Part shown: one piece after another, positions 17,250 to 25,756 of the stretch
Position numbering within the stretch: position 1 is the stretch's first letter
Layout of the letters: each line of letters begins with the position of its first letter
Source of the DNA: an uncultured virus (IMG/VR IMGVR_UViG_3300025389_000012)
Lineage: Duplodnaviria; Heunggongvirae; Uroviricota; Caudoviricetes
Reading direction: 5' to 3' (one strand)
IMG/VR virus record: IMGVR_UViG_3300025389_000012
Length of the DNA stretch: 64,000 bases
Position numbers and translations under genes: made by a program
The notes under the pieces: model-generated
Seen by the model: only the letters and a program-made list of their open reading frames with translations
Told to the model about the DNA's origin: nothing
Databases searched by the model: none

Positions 17250-20200
17250 GACATGTCAAACATGTTGCGTAACCATGCCCACTCATAACTGAGTTTGATC
17301 TTGTCAAAGTCTCCGTTTACTTCATCATAGTATTCATCTGCATCAACTGCACCCTTGATACTATATTGTGCAAAGTCACCTTCTGCTTTGTTCAACCAAG
17401 CATGTAAACGTTCACGTGCGATATCACTATCTTCTGCACGTAGTTTTAATACTTCACGGAACGCAGTACGCCATGTGCTAAATGCATCTGTGTTATATAC
17501 TGCTGTACCAGACAACAATTGCACAACTTCATGCGGGTCGTCTAATGTAAAGTCAAGACCTTTACCCTCGTTAGCAAGTGTAAGTTTCTTGTTATATGCA
17601 ATCATGGCTTGGTGACCATAAACTAGACCATTCACAGGATTCTTTGCTTGGAAAATATAATGCTTTGGAATTTGCATTCTATCTGGTTGCCAGTTCCAAT
17701 CAAACTTTGCTGATACTTTTAGTTTAGCAAAGACTGTGAATGCCCAAGGTGTTTCACTGGCTTCAACTGCGGCATGATATGCGGCAGCACGACCATTAAC
17801 ACCATCAACTCTTACTACACGGTTTTTAATACCCTTAGTCACCTTCAGTAAATGTTCGTAGTTCTCGTCAGCGCCGGTTTCACCATTGCTTAGGAAGACT
17901 ATATCCAGTGGCTTGCTCATAGCAAGTTTAGTTGATTTCTTAATATACGGATAATCGTATAATTCGGTTTTTACGTGGTCTTTTACGTCACGTGGCACAA
18001 TGATACGTGATGCACCTGTGCTTGTAACCATGATTGTCTTAGTTTCAGGGCTCCACAAGTTCATTGGTTCAGTATCAATGACATCAATATTCTTGTTATC
18101 TTCTGTCATCAATACAGCATATGGGTATCCTTCAATACGTTTTGCCGCATCAACAAGTGTATCATCACTTGTTACAATGATTGGCTCAGGCATTCTAGGT
18201 ACACGCAATGACGCATTGTAGTTAACCTTGTTGTATTCTTCCAGTGAATCAATCTCTTTTATTAATTCTTTTGCTTTGTTAACATCTAAGAAGAATGTGT
18301 CACCAAACTTTTGTTTACCACTAGGGAACACATGCAACTGTTCACGTGCAAATGGATCGCAAACATAACTAAAGTCAAAGTTTGTGTAATCGCAAATACT
18401 ACTGCACAACCAAATATAGTTTTCACGTTTGTCTGGCTGTTTACTCAATACAGTTCTAATTGTGTTCAAGTAACTTGTATCATACTTAACAACACTAACA
18501 GATTTGTCACCTGCCTTTTGTTGTAACAATTCAATAACATTATTGATATTGCCATGATCAATCAATACAATGTCATATAAACATTGTGTGGCTACTGCTC
18601 TGTTAGTCTTAACAAAGTTTAAGTTACTCAAGTGTTCAATGATCTTAATGTATTTGGTATCATTGCTAAACGTTTCACGATTGACCATGAATGTGGTTCC
18701 CCAATGACTCCATTGAGTACCAAATACATGAACCATTTTCATCTGCCAAGGGTTAGGATAGTATTCAAAGTCAAAGTTACTGTAATCTAACTCACTATTC
18801 AATATCCATAATATGGGAGTGGTTGCACGATTAGTACAACGATTGATTGTGTCTACCCAACTGTTTAGATAACGTGTCTTTTGAATGTGCGGGAACTTGG
18901 CTTTGAGTAATTCAAAACGTGCTGATGATTCTTTATTGCCTTTGTCAACGTAGAACATGTCTGGCTTTTTAAACAGTTTAGCCAATGACTTATCATCAAT
19001 TGCAGTCTCCTCAATAAATTTGAAATCTGTTTTGCCTTTCAAATAAGACTTTGCATTAACAAAGTATGTCTGCGTAACTTCACTATCAGGTGAACCGAAC
19101 ACGTTAACGTAATCAGATTCCCAAGCAATGTTGATAACTTCAGGTCTCCATGCAAAATCAAATGTAGAATAGTCAATGTTTTTTTGCATCGCCCAAAAGA
19201 TTTCGTCAGGATGTTTCTTTACTAAATCTTCAAGTGTTGTATCAATAAAGTATTGACCAATCTTTACTTCAACTAATGTTGCAGGATCAACTTCAATACG
19301 ATCTAAGTATACAATCTCTCCGTTATTACCTGGTGTAAGATATCTTGGGCCATCTTTCTCATCTAAAATTGTACCAAACTGATAGATATAAGGTGGCGCT
19401 AGTGGATGAGGTACCCATGAAAAATCAAATGTTGATACATCTACATTTTCAGGAATCAACCAATTCTTTTTACTAGGCACTAACGGTGCTTTAATGTCTT
19501 CAATATATTTTACTTCAGTTGCACCTGGAGTTTTGTATTTAGGACCTCCTCGATTTTGCCACACTGTTGCAAACTCATAGATATAAGGTGGTGAATGTGG
19601 GTCTGGATGCCAACTAAAGTCAAACTTAGATATATCAACGTTGTCGGGAATATCCCACAAACTCATATCAGGAGTTAACTTAGCAAATACATTATTAATA
19701 TATTTTTTATCTGTTGAATTAATTACACGATACTCAAGTGTAGGTTCACGCTCTGCACTATGCCATTCGTTACCAAATACATAGGTGTATGCAGGTTCAG
19801 TATCATCTGGATGCCAACTATAATCAAACTCTTTAATGTTAAAGCCAGGCAGCACAACAAAGTTATCTTTGTTTGGCAAACGCTTTGCTTTAATAATACG
19901 TGTGTCTACGTATTTTACTGGGCTATCAGCAGTGGTGCCTGGCGTAATATATTTTGGTCCACCTGTCTTTTGCCATTGAGTACCAAACTGATAAATGAAA
20001 GGATCATCTTCTGCATATGGATGCCAACTAAAGTCAAATGAACTTACGTCAATCTGTGTAGCATCATATTCCCAGTTTTTTGTACTAGGAAGAACTCTTG
20101 CTGTTTGACATTCTTCATATTTCTTTATAGTTGCATTAGGCACCACATACACGGGTCCGCCTGTCAATGCCCACTGCGTGGGGAATTGATACGTGTAAGG

Positions 20201-23200
20201 TGGTGCAGTATCGTCAGGGTGCCAACTAAAATCAAAACCATCAACATCAATATTGTCTGGTACTACCCAGTTTTTCATATTAGGTAGTTTCTTTGCTTTG
20301 GGTTCAGAAACATACTTGACTTCAGTTGCACCGTATACTTTGTATTGTGGTCCACCTGTTTTTTGCCATTGAGTTGCAAACTCATAGATATAAGGAGGAT
20401 CCTTAGGATGTGGATGCCAACTAAAATCAAATTCAGTTGTATCTATACCTTTAGGTATAATCCAGTTATCAGTATTAGGTGCTAACTTAGCAACAACATC
20501 TGACACATATTTGAATTTCTTAGCACCTTCAACGCAATACTCTACTGTAGGCATTTCTTCTGCAGGATATTGTGTATTACCGAATTGGTAAATAAAAGGA
20601 TCATCTGTATCATCTGGATGCCAACTAAAATCAAAACTTGACATATCAATATCATATATCATATTCCAGTGGTTCATTGATGGCAAACGTTTTGCTTTAA
20701 TAATACGTGTGTCAATATATTTTACAGGACTGTTTTTATGACAGCCTGGTGTAATATATTTTGGACCACCAGTCTTTTGCCATTGTGTACCAAAGATATA
20801 GATATAAGGTTGATCTTCTACATAGGGATGCCAACTAAAATCAAAACTGTTTTCATCAATTAAATTACTATCGTATTGCCAATTCGTTTTATCAGGCAAT
20901 GCACGTGCAGTTTGATCTTCTACATATTTGATTTCTGTTGCCCCAGGTACAGTATATACAGGACCACCACTTAATGCCCACTGAGTTGCAAAGTTATAAA
21001 TGTATGGTGGACTTGTCGCATCTGGATGCCAACTAAAATCAAAATCAGTAATATCAATGTTAGTAGGTACAGTCCAGTTTTCTTCGGAAGGCAATCTTTT
21101 AACTTTGCATGTGTCAATATACTTTGTTTCAGTTGCACCTTCTACAATATATTTAGGACCGCCAGTCTTCTGCCACTGAGTTGCAAACTCATAGATATAG
21201 GGTGGGTCTTTGGGATTAGGCTTCCAACTAAAATCAAATCCTGTAGTATCAACGTTGTCGGGGATTTCCCAGTTAGTTCTATCTTGCCCTAGTGTAGCAA
21301 TGATATCACTAACATACTTAACTTGTTTTGCCTTAGGAACACTATACTCTACTGTTGGCATAATCTCTGCTGGATACAAGTTATTACCAAACTGATAAAT
21401 GTAAGGTTCTTCTGTTTCGTCAGGATGCCAACTATAATCAAAATCAATTATAACTAAGTTATCAAGTACAGCCCAGTTCTTTTGATTAGGTAAACGCTTT
21501 GCTTTTAATACACGTGTGTCTACATAACTAACTGGACTGTTCTTATGTACTCCAGGTGTAATATATCTTGGTCCACCTGTTTTTTGCCACTGTGTACCAA
21601 ACTGATAGATATAGGGTTCGTCTTCAGCATACGGATGCCAACTAAAATCAAAACTGTTTTCGTCAATCAACGTTGGATCAAAATCCCAATTATCTTTATT
21701 AGGAATTGCCTTTGCCGATTGATCATCTACGTATTTTACTTCTGTTGCATTAGGAACAGTATATGTTGGTCCACCGCTTAATGCCCATTGCGTAGGGAAG
21801 TTATAGATATAAGGAGGACTTGTTGCATCTGGATGCCAACTAAAGTCAAAGTTGCTAACATCAACATTCTTAGGAATAGTCCAGTTAGTCATATCAACTA
21901 ACTTTTTAGCCTTTTGAAAGTCCATGTACTTTGTTTCAGTTGCACCCTCTACTACATAGCGAGGTCCACCTGTCTTTTGCCACTGCGTAGCAAATTCATA
22001 AATATAAGGAGGATCATTAGGATTAGGTTCCCAACTAAAATCAAAGCCTGTTGTGTCAACATTGTCAGGAATAATCCAATTATCCATACAGAATTTACGA
22101 ATAGCACGTTCATCCATGTATTGATATTCTGTTGCACCTTCAACTACATATTGAATACTAATCTTATCTTCTGCTTTGTTCCATTGATTGCCCCATGCAT
22201 AGATATAAGGAGGCGCAGTTGGATTAGGTACCCAACTATAATCAATGCCATCGCTGTTTTCTAAAAATTCAAAGTTTTGCTTTTGTGGTAATAACTTTGT
22301 GTTACTTGGCATGTGCTTTTCATCTGTAGCACCTTCCATCTTATAGATAAGTGTAGGCATGATAGTACTATCATACTGGTCATTGCCAAACACATAATTT
22401 AAATTAGGTTCACGTGGATCAGGTCTCCATGTAAAATCAAATGTAGATTTATCTATAGGTAAAATGATATCCCACTTGTCCCATTGTGGTAGCACATCTA
22501 TAGTATCACCCATGTATTTTATTTCTGTAGCACCATCACACACATACTGCAACGTAGGTGTTATTTCAGCAGGTTCGTATTTATTGCCCCATGTATAAAT
22601 GTAAGCCGGCTCACGTGGGTCGGGTCTCCATGTAAAATCAAATTTTGTTTTATCTACTTCTTTTAAAAGCGCCCACTTGTCCCATTCAGGTAATACTTCT
22701 AATTTTTCAGGCATGTACTTTTTATCAGTTGCGCCTGGTACATGATATTCAACAGTGGGTTTTAATGTACCATCAATATGTTTGTTACCCCATACGTAAA
22801 TGTATGGCGGATCCAATGGATTAGGTCTCCATGTAAAGTCAAATTTATTAGGATCAGGCTGTTGATAGAATACCCATTTATCTCTTTCAATCGTAAGTTC
22901 AACTGTTGTAGCCATGTATTTGACTTCAGTTGCATTAGGTGTATGATATTCTAATACAGGTTTTAATTGTACTGGTGCAAACTTTGAACCCCAGCGATAG
23001 ATATAGGGAGGATCAGTTGGGTCTGGATGCCAACTAAAATCAAATTTGTATTCGTCTATATTATCTAATAATACCCAGTTATCATTCTTTTCGTTTTTTC
23101 TAACAACAGGGTCTACATCACTGCGATATATGATAACTTCACCTGGTTCTTTGGGGCATAACCATGTGCCACTGTCTTTTTGATGTTGGCTGGGCCAGAC

Positions 23201-23407
23201 ATTGTTATGTTCTTCTGCCCACACTTCTTCATCAGGTAAGAATTCAAAATCAAAATCCCAGTCGAATCCTCGATAGTCACAGAATTCATTGATGATCCAA
23301 AAGTGTTCGGTTGTACACTTTTCTCTTGCATCTTCTAATGATTCTGCAAATCTTTCTCTGGGGTGAACGTTTGGTTTATTTCCGTAATAGAATACATCTC
23401 TAAGCAT
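17246..23407 (-). CDS. 2,053-aa tandem-repeat protein with C-terminal glycosyltransferase-like (GT-A) domains
   Basis: About 19 FDFSWxP..PPYIY repeats; C-terminus (RVDGVNG..AYHAA, NPVNGLVYGH, TWRTAFRE) resembles ORF 44673-45626. Confidence 0.8.
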   Translation of the reverse strand: MLRDVFYYGNKPNVHPRERFAESLEDAREKCTTEHFWIINEFCDYRGFDWDFDFEFLPDEEVWAEEHNNVWPSQHQKDSGTWLCPKEPGEVIIYRSDVDPVVRKNEKNDNWVLLDNIDEYKFDFSWHPDPTDPPYIYRWGSKFAPVQLKPVLEYHTPNATEVKYMATTVELTIERDKWVFYQQPDPNKFDFTWRPNPLDPPYIYVWGNKHIDGTLKPTVEYHVPGATDKKYMPEKLEVLPEWDKWALLKEVDKTKFDFTWRPDPREPAYIYTWGNKYEPAEITPTLQYVCDGATEIKYMGDTIDVLPQWDKWDIILPIDKSTFDFTWRPDPREPNLNYVFGNDQYDSTIMPTLIYKMEGATDEKHMPSNTKLLPQKQNFEFLENSDGIDYSWVPNPTAPPYIYAWGNQWNKAEDKISIQYVVEGATEYQYMDERAIRKFCMDNWIIPDNVDTTGFDFSWEPNPNDPPYIYEFATQWQKTGGPRYVVEGATETKYMDFQKAKKLVDMTNWTIPKNVDVSNFDFSWHPDATSPPYIYNFPTQWALSGGPTYTVPNATEVKYVDDQSAKAIPNKDNWDFDPTLIDENSFDFSWHPYAEDEPYIYQFGTQWQKTGGPRYITPGVHKNSPVSYVDTRVLKAKRLPNQKNWAVLDNLVIIDFDYSWHPDETEEPYIYQFGNNLYPAEIMPTVEYSVPKAKQVKYVSDIIATLGQDRTNWEIPDNVDTTGFDFSWKPNPKDPPYIYEFATQWQKTGGPKYIVEGATETKYIDTCKVKRLPSEENWTVPTNIDITDFDFSWHPDATSPPYIYNFATQWALSGGPVYTVPGATEIKYVEDQTARALPDKTNWQYDSNLIDENSFDFSWHPYVEDQPYIYIFGTQWQKTGGPKYITPGCHKNSPVKYIDTRIIKAKRLPSMNHWNMIYDIDMSSFDFSWHPDDTDDPFIYQFGNTQYPAEEMPTVEYCVEGAKKFKYVSDVVAKLAPNTDNWIIPKGIDTTEFDFSWHPHPKDPPYIYEFATQWQKTGGPQYKVYGATEVKYVSEPKAKKLPNMKNWVVPDNIDVDGFDFSWHPDDTAPPYTYQFPTQWALTGGPVYVVPNATIKKYEECQTARVLPSTKNWEYDATQIDVSSFDFSWHPYAEDDPFIYQFGTQWQKTGGPKYITPGTTADSPVKYVDTRIIKAKRLPNKDNFVVLPGFNIKEFDYSWHPDDTEPAYTYVFGNEWHSAEREPTLEYRVINSTDKKYINNVFAKLTPDMSLWDIPDNVDISKFDFSWHPDPHSPPYIYEFATVWQNRGGPKYKTPGATEVKYIEDIKAPLVPSKKNWLIPENVDVSTFDFSWVPHPLAPPYIYQFGTILDEKDGPRYLTPGNNGEIVYLDRIEVDPATLVEVKIGQYFIDTTLEDLVKKHPDEIFWAMQKNIDYSTFDFAWRPEVINIAWESDYVNVFGSPDSEVTQTYFVNAKSYLKGKTDFKFIEETAIDDKSLAKLFKKPDMFYVDKGNKESSARFELLKAKFPHIQKTRYLNSWVDTINRCTNRATTPILWILNSELDYSNFDFEYYPNPWQMKMVHVFGTQWSHWGTTFMVNRETFSNDTKYIKIIEHLSNLNFVKTNRAVATQCLYDIVLIDHGNINNVIELLQQKAGDKSVSVVKYDTSYLNTIRTVLSKQPDKRENYIWLCSSICDYTNFDFSYVCDPFAREQLHVFPSGKQKFGDTFFLDVNKAKELIKEIDSLEEYNKVNYNASLRVPRMPEPIIVTSDDTLVDAAKRIEGYPYAVLMTEDNKNIDVIDTEPMNLWSPETKTIMVTSTGASRIIVPRDVKDHVKTELYDYPYIKKSTKLAMSKPLDIVFLSNGETGADENYEHLLKVTKGIKNRVVRVDGVNGRAAAYHAAVEASETPWAFTVFAKLKVSAKFDWNWQPDRMQIPKHYIFQAKNPVNGLVYGHQAMIAYNKKLTLANEGKGLDFTLDDPHEVVQLLSGTAVYNTDAFSTWRTAFREVLKLRAEDSDIARERLHAWLNKAEGDFAQYSIKGAVDADEYYDEVNGDFDKIKLSYEWAWLRNMFDMS
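19300..23080 (-). repeat. coding tandem repeat (~65-70 aa unit) with 807-nt super-period
   Basis: Equivalent Trp codons at 22031, 21224, 20417 and 19610; boundaries approximate. Confidence 0.9.
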
Positions 23408-23414
23408 CTTGTAT

Positions 23415-24899
23415 TTAAGAGTAAACTTTTACGCCATAAAGTTTTTCAAATCTATCTGCATCACTACGGTCATTGACCATTGGTTCGCCACGGATGTTTA
23501 GTGATGTATTAAGCAATATTGGACATCCTGTGGCTTGATACCAAAGTTCTAAGAGAATTCTGATTCCACTTCCATCTTTAGGAACAGTCTGGACACGACT
23601 AGTGCCGTCAGCGTGAACGATAGCAGGAAATAGGTCAGGATGCCTACAAGTAGCGATGACTTGCATATACCTAGAGTTGTCCCAGCCAACAGGCATATCA
23701 AAGTAATCATGAACCAACTCCTCCAAAATGAGAGGCGCAAATGGTCTGAATTTTTGTCTACGTTTGATTTCATTTACTTTATCCTTAATTTCATCCCCAC
23801 GGGGATCCGCTAATAAACTTCTGTTACCTAAAGCACGTGGCCCAAACTCTGCACGACCACTTGCTATACCTACTATCTTACTATGTTTTAATTCTTTATA
23901 CAAGTTTAAAATAGGATAACGACCAGGTATTTCGTGTCCTAAAAATGCATTCTTCCAATTTAACTTTTTACCATAGCCTAATGCTGCCGCACCTAAACTA
24001 TTACCTGCATCACCTGGATTAGGCATGATCCAAATTTTGCTAAAATGATTACCTAACAATCTATTTGCTAAACAGTTTAATGCAACACCGCCACCATATA
24101 CTAGATTACTGCTAGTACCCAATGATCTAGCCTTACGCATAATGATTTCAATTAGTTCTTCAGTAAGAAGTTGAGTTGATGCGGCGATATCCATATCGTT
24201 GGCATTCTCTAAGAATTTTTCTCTTACTCCGGTGTGCAAGTTTTGTGCAAAATCTAAGTTATCTTTGTCTGACAAAAACTCACGACTAATTTCTTCACTG
24301 TGCAATGCTTTGCCATATGCAACCATACCCATGAGAATGTATTCTTCATCTAATGGTTTCAACCCCACACGTTTTGTCATTGCTGAGTACATCAATCCAA
24401 TGCTGTTAGGATATTGTTTACTCCATAGTTTTTCATAACGTGCCATACCATTTTTATCATAGTATGCATTATAAATGCTGATAGTGTCGAGTTCCCCAAT
24501 AGCGTCAATAACTACTACAGTTGCATTGTCAAAGGGGCTAGTTTGGAATCCTGCTGCCGCATGTGTTAAGTGATGACTATGTGTTTTAATTGAACCACTA
24601 CGATCATTAAATTTATCAATGATATTTTCACCTAATAGTTTTTTCATATTAAGCGGTCCAACACTTTGTCCTGCTCTAAGTTGACGTATAGCCTTTACCC
24701 AGGGCTTTTCATAGTAGTGAACTTCATATAGGTCTCTAACATGTTTTTTAGCATCATGCACTAAATCAACACAAAGATTAGCATCATGTTTGATTTTACT
24801 GTATCTTTCGCTGTGACCAGCAAATAGGATATCACCACTGTCATTAATGACAGTTATACCTGCATCATGAAAGCCGCAACTGATTCCTAAGTATTTCAT
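23415..24899 (-). CDS. carbamoyltransferase (NodU/CmcH/TobZ family)
   Basis: GISCGFHDA, ERYSKIKHD, HHLTHAA, GGVALNC, DAGNSLGAA, EFGPRALGNRS, FRPFAP, LNTSLN; start at 24899. Confidence 0.95.
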   Translation of the reverse strand: MKYLGISCGFHDAGITVINDSGDILFAGHSERYSKIKHDANLCVDLVHDAKKHVRDLYEVHYYEKPWVKAIRQLRAGQSVGPLNMKKLLGENIIDKFNDRSGSIKTHSHHLTHAAAGFQTSPFDNATVVVIDAIGELDTISIYNAYYDKNGMARYEKLWSKQYPNSIGLMYSAMTKRVGLKPLDEEYILMGMVAYGKALHSEEISREFLSDKDNLDFAQNLHTGVREKFLENANDMDIAASTQLLTEELIEIIMRKARSLGTSSNLVYGGGVALNCLANRLLGNHFSKIWIMPNPGDAGNSLGAAALGYGKKLNWKNAFLGHEIPGRYPILNLYKELKHSKIVGIASGRAEFGPRALGNRSLLADPRGDEIKDKVNEIKRRQKFRPFAPLILEELVHDYFDMPVGWDNSRYMQVIATCRHPDLFPAIVHADGTSRVQTVPKDGSGIRILLELWYQATGCPILLNTSLNIRGEPMVNDRSDADRFEKLYGVKVYS

Positions 24900-24903
24900 G
24901 TGC

Positions 24904-25008
24904 TTATTTATAGATGAAAGGGTCACGCTTTTTTAATTCTTTGATACGTTTTCTATATTGTATCTCACGTTTGATTTTATTGTAAATTCTTTTTACCCAA
25001 TTAAACAT
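24904..25008 (-). CDS. 34-aa basic peptide, absent from ORF track
   Basis: MFNWVKRIYNKIKREIQYRKRIKELKKRDPFIYK*; fills the gap exactly, overlaps upstream stop, AAGGA SD. Confidence 0.7.
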   Translation of the reverse strand: MFNWVKRIYNKIKREIQYRKRIKELKKRDPFIYK

Positions 25009-25756
25009 TGTTGTTTTCCTTTAAAAAATTATATAACTCTTCTGCGTAGAGTTGGTGGGGTACTTCATCGTGATGCCAGTATTTAGCCTTTGGATTAGTA
25101 TAGCCCAAATTCTTGTACTTCCAAAAGAATGCATCATCTTTTTCTGAATCTAACTTATAATAGTTATTTCTGTCAATAAGTTTTGTTATTTGTGCTACAT
25201 GAGGAGAATCTTTTGTAAACATATGCATAGCATTACACATTAGATATTTTACATTTTTGGATTTTAAAAAGTATTGAATCTGTAGCACGTAGTTTGCGCT
25301 CCACATTTCTAACATAGGCTCATTCTCAGCCATGAAACGATGGTATTTGGGAAACAATTCTTTTTCTTCGGGGTCACCGCCGTCCCAACCAAATGTGATT
25401 CTAAAATATGTATTGATTGTGTTGTCAAACCAATCGGCAGCCTTACTACTTACATTGTAAATAAAGTTTCTCGTAGATGGAACTTCCAATCTAACGCTTT
25501 CTGTCCATGAAGTCAATACAAAAACATCCATAGAGTTTTCATTATAGTTTTGATCAAACCAGTTTAATATGCTTCTAGCAATACAACTATTTGATGCACC
25601 ATTGGTTGCAATATTAATAGGTCTATAACCCATCTTGTCTGCAAGTCGTGCACCAAAACTATGCTGTCTATTATAAACGCTGTCTTCTTGCCCGTTTATT
25701 TCTGATCCAGCGGCATGGCTACATCCTGCAATTAACATTATTTTTTCTTTGTTCAT
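25001..25756 (-). CDS. SGNH/GDSL hydrolase-like protein (paralog 1)
   Basis: AGCSHAAG block I, GASN, C-terminal HHDEVPH. Confidence 0.7.
   Translation of the reverse strand: MNKEKIMLIAGCSHAAGSEINGQEDSVYNRQHSFGARLADKMGYRPINIATNGASNSCIARSILNWFDQNYNENSMDVFVLTSWTESVRLEVPSTRNFIYNVSSKAADWFDNTINTYFRITFGWDGGDPEEKELFPKYHRFMAENEPMLEMWSANYVLQIQYFLKSKNVKYLMCNAMHMFTKDSPHVAQITKLIDRNNYYKLDSEKDDAFFWKYKNLGYTNPKAKYWHHDEVPHQLYAEELYNFLKENNNV

Noticed and set aside
19300..23080. CRISPR array or diversity-generating retroelement repeats
   Set aside because: Repeats are in-frame coding units with synonymous divergence; no spacers, cas genes, reverse transcriptase or adenine-specific variation seen
17246..23407. 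FDFSWHPD repeats as RiPP core peptides for the radical SAM enzymes
   Set aside because: The same motif is part of the GT-like domains and no leader, protease or transporter is present; unsupported though not disproved
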